DNA of 64,000 nucleotides from Phyllobates terribilis (taxonomy: Eukaryota), in NCBI RefSeq assembly GCF_046119375.1, contig NW_027362767.1:146692001-146756000 (forward strand). The letters are read 5' to 3'. The position numbers were made by a program, and so were the translations under genes. Under the pieces are notes generated by a model. It did no database searches and was not told the origin of the DNA. It was given only the letters and a program-made list of their open reading frames with translations. This document shows, piece by piece, positions 37,101-46,337 of the stretch; the first letter of the stretch is position 1, and every line of letters starts with the position of its first letter.

Positions 37101-40100
37101 ATTTCTTAAAGTAATGATGGCCACTCGTTTTTCTTTACTTAGCTGCTTTTTTCTTGCCATAATACAAATTCTAACAGTCTATTCAGTAGGACTATCAGCT
37201 GTGTATCCACCTGACTTCTGCACAACACAACTGATGGTCCCAACCCCATTTATAAGGCAAGAAATCCCACTTATTAACCTGACAGGGCACACCTGTGAAG
37301 TGAAGACCATTTCCGGTGACTACATCTTGAAGCTCATCAAGAGAATGCCAAGAGTGTGCAAAGCAGTCATCAAAGCAAAAGGTGGCTACTTTGAAGAACC
37401 TGGAATATAAGACATATTTTCAGTTGTTTCACACTTTTTTGTTAAGTATATAATTCCACATGTGTTAATTCATAGTTTTGATGCCTTCAGTGTGAATGTA
37501 CAAATTTCATAGTCATGAAAATACAGAAAAATCTTTAAATGAGAAGGTGTGTCCAAACTTTTGGTCTGTACTGTAGGTCACAGATGTATGGAGGAGACAG
37601 GTTGTGGATGGCTTTGTATGGCAAGGTTAGGGTTTTGAACTGGAGTCTCTGGGCAATGGGGAGCCAGTGAAGGGATTGACAGAGAGGAGAAGCGGGGAGT
37701 AGCGGGGGGACAGGTGGATTAGTCGAGCAGCAGAGTTTAGGATAGATTGGAGGGGTGCAAGAGTGTTAGAGGGGAGGCCACAAAGCAGGAGGTTGCAGTA
37801 GTCAAGGCGGGAGGTGATGAGGGCAGCACTAGTGTTTTTGCAGATTCATGGTTGAGGAATGTGCAGATCCAGGAGATATTTTTGAGTCCGAGTCGGCAGG
37901 AAGTGGAAAGGGCTTGGATATGTGGTTTGAAGGAGAGATCAGAGTCCAGGGTTACCCCGAGGCACCGAGCTTGTGGGACTGGGGAGAGTGAACAGCCATT
38001 GACGTTGATAAATAGGTCAGATGGGGGGGTTGAGTGAGACGGTGGAAAGATGATGAATTCAGTTTTATCCATGTTAAGTTTTAGAAATCTGTCAGAGAAG
38101 AAGGATGAAATAGCGGACAGACATTGTGGGATTCTGGTTAGTAAGGAGGAGATATCTGGTCCAGAGAGGTAGATCTGTGTGTCATCAGGATAGAGGTGAT
38201 ACTGAAAGCCATGAGACTCTATGAGCTGTCCCAGGCCGAAGGTGTAGATGGAGAAGAGCAGGGGTCCTAGAACTGAACCTTGGGGGACACCGACAGATAG
38301 TGGACGAGATGAGGAGGTGGTGTGTGAGTGGGAGACACTGAATGTCTGGTCTGTTAAATATAAGGAGATCCAAGATAGGGCCAAGTCTTTGATGATGAGA
38401 GTCAGTAGTAAGAGGGAATGGTCCACTGTGTCAAAGGCATTTGACAGGTCCAGGAGGAGGAGGACAGAGTAGTGTCACTTGGATTTGGTAGTTAGTAGGC
38501 CGTTGGTGACTTTAGTCAGGGCAGTTTCAGTGGAGTGATGCGGTCGGAAGCCAGATTATAAGCGGTCAAATAGGGAGCAGGAGGAGAGGTGGGAGGACAG
38601 TTCAAAATGGACATGTTCCAGCAGTTTTGAGGCGTAAGGAAGAAGTGATATGGGGCTATAGCTAGACGGAGAGGATGGGTCCAGGGGACGGCTTTTTGAG
38701 GATGGGTGTGATCGAGGCATGTTTGAAGCATGAGGGGAAGACACCGGTTGTTAGTGACAGGTTGAAAAGGTGGGTTAGGATTGGGATGAAGACTATGATG
38801 AGGTTAGGGATGAGGTGGGACGGGATTGGGTCAAGTTTCCAGGTGGTGGTGTGATTTGGAGAGTAAAGAGGAAAGTTGATTGTCCGTAATGGTGGAGAAG
38901 CTGGTTTTGGAGGAGGAGGGTTGAGTAGATATGAGGAGGGGCTGTGGGGACTTTAGGCAAAAGCTTTGTCCGATGGTGTCAATCTTCTGCTTGAAGAATG
39001 ATGCAAAGTCTTAGGCTGAGATGAGATAATAATGATTAATTGAAATTTTTGTTTCCGGAATCAGGATGTGCAAAAACATTTACCTTTCAAAAGATTAGTA
39101 CAATTAACACAATTTAGGCAAGGATAACACCCAGTCCTTTTTGCTCCTGTCAATGATGATGGTTTCAAACTCTTAAGAGGTCCTAGATCCGCATGTACAA
39201 GCCTGTCCGTAAAATTCCTAGCACGTTTAAATGAAAATAGTGGAGGATTACTATAATGTGTAACTTCAGGGATACAATTGTCTAACATTTGCCAATGCTT
39301 TTTAATAGTTCAAGCAGTTTTGCCACTCTTTTCACAATATGTCGTACATACTGGTATCCTGTTTAATGCCCTATTCCTATCAGGCCCAGCCGCCAAAAGA
39401 CTTCCACAATCTAAGGCGTTGACTTTATCTTCCCATTTTTTCAGGAGTTTTTTTTGTATAGTTCCTCTGTAAAAATTTCTAAATGATAATTTTATAATTT
39501 TGCTTTAACAGTGTCTCATCACTTACAATTCTTTTAATTCGGAGTAACTGGCTGTAAGGCAACGATTCAATCATTTTTTTTTTACTCGAAATTGAACCAG
39601 AGTACATTTTGTAGCATCATCATCCATATGGTTTAAAAACTCATGAAACAGATTCAGTTCAAGAGTTGTACCAGTCCACAGGAGGAAGACGTCGTCTATG
39701 TATCGCCACCACCTGAGCACATGGGCAAAGTGGGGTGACACATAGACGAGGGCCTCCTCCAACATGGACATCATTAAATTGGCATAAGCTGGTGCTATAC
39801 TGGCACCCATTGCTGTTCCGCGGCTTTGGACATAATAATCACTACCAAAAAGAAAGTAATTATTATTAAGTAATAACTCAAGTAGTTCAATAATAAAGTC
39901 TATACTTTTCAATGTATATTCCACATGCGTAAGCTTTTTGCTGACAGCCAAAATGCCTCTATTATGTTGGATAGAAGCATACAATGATACCACATCGATC
40001 GAGAGAACGTCACATGCTCCTGTATTTTTTTCCTCCATAGACACTGCCAATCGTTTTAACCAAAATCCGCCTCCCCGCTTTGATGCCAGGGGGGGACCTG

Positions 40101-43100
40101 TGGAGGGTGCACGAGCCGGACCAGGTATGTGTGTCTCTCTATCTATCTATATAGATGTGTGCGTACATGTTAGATTAATATAGGCCTACCCCACCCGAAC
40201 CATCTGAATATGGGGATGACCTCATTGCTTGTTGTGGTCCCTCTGTACCTCCTTGTGCCCCCAATGTGGTATAAGGTATTGGCATCACTGTAGACCTAGA
40301 GTTGCTGTATAGGCTGCATGGATGTTTCGGAGCCTCGTCTACTGTCGCTTTAATATTTTTCTACAGGTCCCATAACGCATTTCAGTCAGACTCAGCAAGT
40401 TCCTGTCTCCAGATTTGACCACCCGAATGCCTCTAAGGATCAGAGGTCTATCGTCGGGCAAACAGCGGGCAGATATCTAGGTATCTCACACATATCTGAG
40501 ATTTTTATTAGCCATATCCTTAAAGGCTTGGTGCCAACTTGGATGGGTGATAACTTATTGCTCGCTGGCGGTCTGGCCACTGGGACACAATCTCTTACTG
40601 CGCAGTCGGTGATTATATATGATTACTGTGAGACTTGACCGGCCTTGGTTATGATTTTATCATTTTTCACGTGCAGAGTCGGATGGTCGTTACAGCCAGA
40701 ATGAGCCGTATCCCGGGTCCCGAACTGACAACAATGGATCCTACGATAACACAAGACCACCATTAGGAGCAGGTAATTACTGACTGTTAGGATTGAAGAC
40801 CAAGGGTTTTTCACTGGCTAGCTGGGTCCTTTAAAAATAATCTGATCACATAGTGTCCCTGGTTTTCCTAGTGATCAGCTGTAATCTGTGGATAAACGTG
40901 GCAGTGTTAAAAATCCCTGCAGCGCCTGCAGAGGGGAAATGAAGTATTACAGTTTTCATTCATATCAATGAACTTTCCGCGTAATGTAGGACAGGAAGTG
41001 TCGTCAGGAGCGAGACACGTACCAAGAGATGATGAACAGAGGACCCCTTCTGTTAACTCAATCTGTGTTTTTGTTTTTGTACAGGCTCTGAGATGCGTTT
41101 CAGTCAGAATTCGCAAAGTTCTGCTTCTAGATTTGACAATCCAAATCCTGGTAATCAACAAAAATCCTTCATGGGACAAGAAGCAGACAGATATTCAGGT
41201 ATCCGGATTCACAGCAACACTGCTCAGTACTGCATTTTCCAAAGAATTGGTGGGGATGGTGGCGCTGAAATGGCTGTGAAGTCTAATGGTGCAGGGTATA
41301 GCACTTGGAGTGGCGGGGGTGAGGCGCAGCAACGAACAATATCCATGGTACAGCAATAGATCAGGGAGATATAAAAACATTTAGAGGTTCATGTTGGTGC
41401 GCTGACAGAACAGTTAGTGAGGATGCGGTAACTAAAAATAAATGCCTTCTTATTTTAGGGTTTTCAAAAATCACTGAGGTCAGATTCCAATTTTGGGAAT
41501 GGGTTATAAGTGATCTTTTTATAATATTTTCCTTCAGAGAGAAAAGATGTTTATTTTTAATTACCACATCCTCACTAATTCTACTGGCAGCGCACCAACA
41601 TAACCTTTAATGTTTTCAATACTGCGTTATAATATATTCCATGCTGTTGCTGTTTTTTATTAAGTGTTTTATCGCACCCGAGTGATGGAGTCACAGCTAT
41701 ACTGCTCAATAATGTCCTCCATGCTGCTGTTTTCTAGTAAAAGCAGCAGCAGGTCTGGGCTCACAGTAACACTGCTCAGTACTGTTGTAGAACAAGTACC
41801 ATGACGATGTTACTTCTAAACAGGTGCTACGTAGAGACTGCAGAGCAGCTATGACTCAGGATATCTATAGCTAGCCTCCACCCACTAGCTCAGAGACAGC
41901 TATAATTCTTTCATTCTTTGTGTACAGAGGTGGACGATCATTATAACCAGGATGACTCGTATCCCGGTACCTGGACTGAAAACAGTGGATCCCTCGATAA
42001 GACACGAGCACCATTAGGACCAGGTGATTACTGACCATCAGGATCAGAGAACCGACAGATTTATTGCTTTAGTGGTCGTCAAGGACTTCAATACTGATAG
42101 CCAAGCTATAGTATAGGTCAGCTGTATCAGATTTATTGGGGTCCTACACCCGTAACCACCACTGATCTGTTACAAAGTCCTGCGGCTGTTGAATGTGCAC
42201 AGTGTAAAGAGCCGGATCACAACAGCGCCATACACTGTGTAGTGGCCGTTCACGGTACTGACATTTTAGCTTTTATTTACTTCAATACGAGCTGATCTTC
42301 AGTACCTGAATACAGCCACAATATGGCGAATACGAACTTACTTCCCCCCCTTACTTTTCCTTTTGCATGGAGCGTACTTTACAGTTTCCTTCCAGTAGCT
42401 GTGGAGCTTAGGATCAGCTGAGGGTGCCGAATATTAATGACCTATTCTAGTTTCAGGTCATAGATGTCCTAGTAAACCACTTTAAGCTAGAACCTCTACT
42501 TCCTGAATATGTTGCCCCTTTTCTGTATCTCCATGTTTATTGTGGTATGAAGCATCGCATGCTGTTGTGTTGCTTCCAAGTATAATGGGGGCAACATAGG
42601 ACGGCACAGGAAGTCCTACGCACCAGTAGCCCTTCGATGGAGGGATTGGGTCACTGTAGTGAAGTGATTCCAGGTAAACCTATCAGAAATCCATTGATCC
42701 ATCCGTGTAGGTCTATGGGCGATCCCCGACACCATTCCATATTGATGGACTGTGGCTGTATATATTTCCTTTGCTGGTGATATGACATGTAGTATGCTTT
42801 TATCTTCATAGATCAACGAAAGGATTATAAGCCGATGTCGTGGAATAGCGGACCACCGTCCGGAAACCAGGGCTTCTATAATGAGGCGCGACCAGTTACC
42901 GGGATGGGAACGGGAAGATATGACGGTATTATTAACATGTACTATTATTGTGTGCATGATTTAAGGCTTTGGTGTCCGTGTTATTCACTGTGGGTGGATT
43001 GTGGATATTGTGGGGTCTGTATGATGGTGGGAGACATATAAATAATCACTTACTTATTTTGTCACAGACCAGTACACCCAAAACCAGTATCAGTCCCAGT

Positions 43101-43557
43101 ACAGTAGCAGTGGGTCGTATGGGGCTGGAACGGACAGACCTCCTGGTATGTATCTGACTTATCAGATTTGCATGGGGAGAGGAGTAAGCTGCTGACACAA
43201 CCCTTCACTGTGGCCACTTTTCTTGCAATCTGTGCCACACTATTAATTAAACATCCCCAATGTCTTTGGTGGAAAAACTCCTTTAACTGCAGGAAAGATT
43301 TTGGGGTTTTGGATTAGGAGGTTCAGACATCACATGTGATAGGTTTTGTGTGATAATAAGTGATAGATTTATATTAGTTCTTAAGTCTTGTATTTCGTTA
43401 TTACTTTACAGGACCACAAGGTGGCCAGCCTCAGCCTGCTGCTTCTACCGGGTACCCATCAGACGGGCGTCCAGGCACATGGCCCAGCCAGGCTCCTGCT
43501 AAACGCGGCGTTTACCCTGCTGGCATCCTCAAAAACAGGACAGCCAATCCGCCCTAA
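13151..43557 (+). CDS. 35-exon host gene, ~1169 aa: two C2H2 (matrin/U1-like) zinc fingers, RS/RD-rich region, coiled coil, modular Pro/Gly/Gln/Asn low-complexity tail (uncharacterised)
   Basis: Coding exons deduced by hand: 13151-13192, 13309-13383, 13813-13903, 14243-14379, 14570-14692, 15191-15260, 17709-18170, 18278-18317, 19441-19480, 19553-19597, 19714-19773, 20154-20306, 20811-20868, 29230-29331, 29429-29479, 30327-30422, 30508-30597, 30686-30784, 31126-31212, 31289-31408, 31543-31638, 31948-32064, 32432-32482, 32652-32723, 33054-33167, 33268-33363, 33894-33974, 40041-40124, 40367-40480, 40677-40772, 41085-41198, 41928-42023, 42812-42925, 43068-43145, 43412-43557. All have a pyrimidine tract with AG acceptor and a GT donor. 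Phases match, and the total is 3510 nt with no internal stop. Confidence 0.88.
15342..17243 (+). mobile_element. Degenerate Tc1 element in intron 6
   Basis: TA|CAGTGGCTTGCGAAAGTATTCAC start and GCAAGCCACTG|TA end. Transposase remnants: [26 protein letters not shown] (16098), [22 protein letters not shown]. Many frameshifts. Confidence 0.88.
15516..15790. mobile_element. hAT-type MITE nested in the Tc1
   Basis: TIR CAGAGCTGTGGAGTCA / TGACTCCACAGCCCTG; exact 8-bp TSD AAAAATTG at 15508-15515 and 15791-15798. Confidence 0.9.
17709..18170 (+). CDS. Exon 7: K/E-rich then RS/RD-rich segment
   Basis: 462-nt phase 1-1 exon reading [65 protein letters not shown]; acceptor CACAG, donor GTAAGC. Confidence 0.9.
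19163..19355. mobile_element. ~190-bp palindromic MITE, copy 1
   Basis: GGCCAC.GCCCC.ACTATCAGTATT.. / ..AATAGTGATAGTGGGGCCGTGGCC with TAA on both flanks; homologous to 30104-30295. Confidence 0.85.
21793..24211 (+). pseudogene. DIRS ORF1 (gag-like), fragmented
   Basis: Position in the element; C-terminal fragment [40 protein letters not shown], typical of vertebrate DIRS ORF1. Confidence 0.7.
24200..25940 (+). pseudogene. DIRS reverse transcriptase / RNase H / methyltransferase-like ORF, frameshifted
   Basis: PPVGGRL start; [17 protein letters not shown]; [14 protein letters not shown]; PYLDDLL; RNase H motifs [19 protein letters not shown] and [15 protein letters not shown]; later YIFPP. 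The motifs lie in different frames. Confidence 0.93.
25928..27084 (+). pseudogene. DIRS tyrosine recombinase, frameshifted
   Basis: [17 protein letters not shown] and TFTKHY catalytic motifs; ORF split at ~26330. Confidence 0.93.
27860..29137 (-). mobile_element. Old degenerate Tc1 remnant
   Basis: Minus-strand fragment [36 protein letters not shown]; decayed TIR-like CTGCCTAAAACATTTCCACTGTGCTG near 29111-29137. Confidence 0.6.
29230..43145 (+). CDS. Array of 21 symmetric phase 1-1 exons (exons 14-34) encoding the low-complexity tail
   Basis: Exon lengths are 102, 51, 96, 90, 99, 87, 120, 96, 117, 51, 72, 114, 96, 81, 84, 114, 96, 114, 96, 114 and 78 nt. All are multiples of 3 and all end on the first base (G) of a codon. 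Confidence 0.88.
30104..30295. mobile_element. ~190-bp palindromic MITE, copy 2, inverted relative to 19163
   Basis: Same TIRs as copy 1; the central segment is the reverse complement of copy 1 (GGTATAATAGAAACAAGTCACCAATTCTGC). Confidence 0.85.
35947..37573 (-). mobile_element. Tc1-related DD38E (Intruder-type) transposon, full length
   Basis: TIR CAGTACAGACCAAAAGTTTGGACAC of ~270 bp with TA on both flanks. Confidence 0.95.
36108..37160 (-). CDS. Transposase, 350 aa, uninterrupted ORF, DD38E spacing, first catalytic Asp read as Glu
   Basis: Paired-like HTH, GRPR, WSEESK (normally WSDES), [17 protein letters not shown]; 38 residues between D and E. Confidence 0.92.
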   Translation of the reverse strand: MARKKQLSKEKRVAIITLRNEGQSVRKIGKTLKVSPSAVAKTIKRYKETGSHEDRPRKGRPRVTSASEDKFIRVTSLRNRRLTAAQIRDQVNATQSSSSRHISTTTVKRRLCAAGLHGKIAARKPLLRTGNKQKRLVCAKEHKEWTLDQWKSVLWSEESKFEIFGSNHRVFVRHRKGERMDSTCLVPTVKHGGGGVMVWGCFAGDTVGDLFKIEGILNQHGYHSILQRHAIPSGLCLVGPSFIFQQDNDPKHTSRLCKGCLTKKESDRVLRQMTWPPQSPDLNPIEMVWGELDRRVKAKGSTSAKHLWELLQDCWKTISGDYLLKLIKRMPRVCKAVIKAKGGYFEEPRI

Positions 43558-43664
43558 ATCCTTCCCAGATCAGGCAAATGTATCTGTAAGTGGCAGCGAA
43601 GACCACCCCAATTCATACTCTCAATTAGGTCTATTTGACGTCATGAGAAGGGGGTCCCTGCTTG

Positions 43665-44395
43665 TGATCCCCTCTCCTTATTTCCCTGTTCCCCTTTCAT
43701 CTCCCTCTCTTTTCTTCCACTTTCCTTCACCTCCCCTTTTCTCTTCTCCCTTGTTTTACATTTTCCCATTTCCTCACCTTTTTTTTACTTTTTCCCACTT
43801 CCTTTTTGCTACCTTTCTATTCCCCCTCTTTCTGCCTCCCTCTTTCTGCCTCCCTCTTTCTTGTTCCACTTTCCTTCTTTCTACCTTCATCTTGCATGCT
43901 GGTGTTCTACCACCTTCCTATTTCTTCACCTCTTGCATACCTTTTTCCCTTTCTCGCCCTTGTCACTCATTCACCTTTTCTTTTTCCCCATTTCGTCCCC
44001 TCCTATTACTTATGGCTACATTTTTGCTCCTTTTCTGTCCTGCCTTCATCCCTCCCCTCTTTTCTTCCACTTTCCCTTCATTTCTCTCTTCCATTTAATT
44101 TGTTTCTCCTGATATTTTCTATCCCTCCTTATTTCCCCTCGTACAATTCTTTCTCTTCCATGTTTTACCCTTCTGTCTCCCTTTTTCTTTTCCTCCTTCC
44201 TCCCTTTTCTCATACATTTTACCTCTCCTCCCTTTCTTTCTTCCCCTTTTTCCTTCCTTTTCTCGCCCTTCACTTCTCCTTTCTTCTGCTCTTCCTCTCT
44301 TTATTTCCTTTTTCACCTCTTCCATCACACTTCCTTCCATGTTTCTTTTCTTATCCTTCTTTCTCTGTTTCTTTCCTTCCTCCCTCCCATACTAC
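43665..44395 (+). repeat. ~730-bp C/T low-complexity (polypyrimidine) tract
   Basis: The + strand is overwhelmingly C/T, starting ~110 bp after the stop codon. It explains the F/L/P/S-rich and K/E/R/G-rich ORFs. Confidence 0.95.
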
Positions 44396-46148
44396 ATACT
44401 GACGTCTGCGCCTCACTTCCATCTTTTCCTTACAGATGACGTGATGAAGTTCAGGGGGCGCACTTGCTATTAGGAGCGACACTTCGTCATGAATAGAGTC
44501 TTCTCATTGCATAATTGTCGTTATAACTTCATTTTATTACCAGTAACTTGTTTATAGTTTTCGGTTTTCCTTTTTATTCTGTTATCGTTGAATGTAACAT
44601 CAGTAAAGTGTGAACTGAAACCCGCTGTGTTCCTTCTGTCACTTCTTTCTAGTGGATAGCGCACAACGTGTGACCTTCATAGTATTATTAGGTGCCTTTG
44701 TTCAGATCGTCAATCCCAGCTCGAGTACAGACCACGATGTCCCCTGACTCATTTGCCACCTCCTCACATATGTGAAGCTGCTGATATTATACAAATATTC
44801 ATAAACTGCTTGCTCGGGGGCAGGTTTAGAAGTAGCTCCACCAATGAGGATGCGTATGTTGGAAGACCCACCCCTGCAGTGCTGCTGTTTTGTGGAGTGG
44901 GCTTTATGTTCAGCCCAAGGTCATTCATGGGCTCCCTACTCTGATAGGGGAAGTTTTTGGTTGCCGCACTGCCTGTGGTTCCTATTCAGCACAGGAGGGT
45001 GCACCATCCTCCCCATCACCACAGTCTCTGTGGCTTGGTACCAGACCACAGCTCATTGTAGAAAACCCATCTGTGGGCTGAGGTTAGCCTTGTATGACTA
45101 ATGGAGGTTAAACCCGTCGTATTGCTCAGTTACAAACCCAATTTTAATGCTACAGTGACAAGAAACTGCTGTACTTGATATTCAAGGCATAGGATAATTC
45201 TTAAATAATATCTGTCACTTGCTATAAATATTAGAGTTTGTGCGAATCTATTTGCAGGACCCGGTCAGTCAGGCCAGTAGTTAGTGGCTGCTGGATGGGA
45301 GCCTTACCTCTCGGCTTCCACGGCTTTTTCTTTTGATTACCCGGTCTGGTGCAAAGTCATCGTTGCAGCGTGATGTACATGAGACTTCGCACCAAGCCGG
45401 ATAATGAGAAGAGCCACGACAGGCGTCACCTAAGAGGCGTTTCTCGGGGCTCCTGTCCATCAGCGGACCACCGACATAGCCGATGGACCGGGTCCTGCAA
45501 ATCCCATTGCACCAACTCTAATATGTCAAATTTTAACTGTCTCAAGTTGAGGACCCACCTACGTGACCCCACAAATATGAAACATTTCACAAAGTAGTAG
45601 GTAATAAATAGGATTATACATGAGCAGCAATCCACATAAACACCATATACAACATTGCATATGATTTTCCAGTTTCCTATCATTGCAGATATCATGTATG
45701 TCCCTTTAAGGGGGAATCCACACTCTCTGCAAATAGTAAGCTATGGACACATCATTAATACAATGATGGAGTTTATAGTAAGTAAAGTCATCTTCACGTT
45801 AAATACATATTTTAATGTTTTTGTGTAAAATTGTAACCGAAAATACTAATAATAGATTCCATGAATGGTGCTACAGAGCGAGAGCGCGGGGGCCCGAATA
45901 TAAATACTGCGAGATGAAAGGACCTTGTTAGTGCAAGACTACAAAAATATCAGGATTCTTGAGCCACAGTTCAGGGAGAAAAGTTCATGTTTTGGAAACT
46001 GATGGGGGATCTGCAGGAGCGGAAAAAAATCCACAAGAATAGTAGGAAACACAAAATTCTGCCTGGAAGTTCCATTAACAACGGGTGAATTCAACGACTT
46101 ATCGCTGCTGAGAAAATGAACATTTAATGCCTATGTAAATTAGATACC

Positions 46149-46337
46149 AAGTGTCCAGTGGGCGGTCCCAAGCTAGGCATGTTCTCTAGTGTCACTAAAC
46201 CGTCCTTGGCACCTCCCTCTTGGTGCTGATTGACCACGTTAGTGCAGCCCGGTATTAATATGTTAGCAATCAACACCAAGGAAAGGACAGAAGTAAGAGA
46301 TTGGTGGCAACTGCTTGGGACCGCCCACTGGACACTT
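46149..46337. repeat. 25-bp perfect inverted repeat enclosing a ~140-bp spacer (MITE-like)
   Basis: AAGTGTCCAGTGGGCGGTCCCAAGC (46149-73) / GCTTGGGACCGCCCACTGGACACTT (46313-37); no clear TSD. Confidence 0.7.

Larger units (their letters stand above)
35508..39025 (-). mobile_element. L2/CR1-group LINE, 5'-truncated, nested in Penelope
   Basis: 3' end TGTAAAGCGCCATGGAACAAATGGTGCTATAATAA..(TAA)n on the minus strand; RT motifs [27 protein letters not shown] and YPDDTQIY; interrupted at a TA by the Tc1. Confidence 0.9.
34031..40006 (-). mobile_element. Penelope-like retroelement (RT + GIY-YIG), 5'-truncated, interrupted by L2
   Basis: Minus-strand [22 protein letters not shown] and WRYIDDVF (39571-40006); [10 protein letters not shown] (39061-39288); [20 protein letters not shown] (GIY-YIG, 35396-35507); [10 protein letters not shown] end. 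The 34031-35180 assignment as 3' region is inferred. Confidence 0.9.

Noticed and set aside
43388-44402. 236-aa and 198-aa hydrophobic ORFs suggesting membrane proteins
   Set aside because: Artefacts of the C/T tract. The real last exon uses another frame and stops at 43557.
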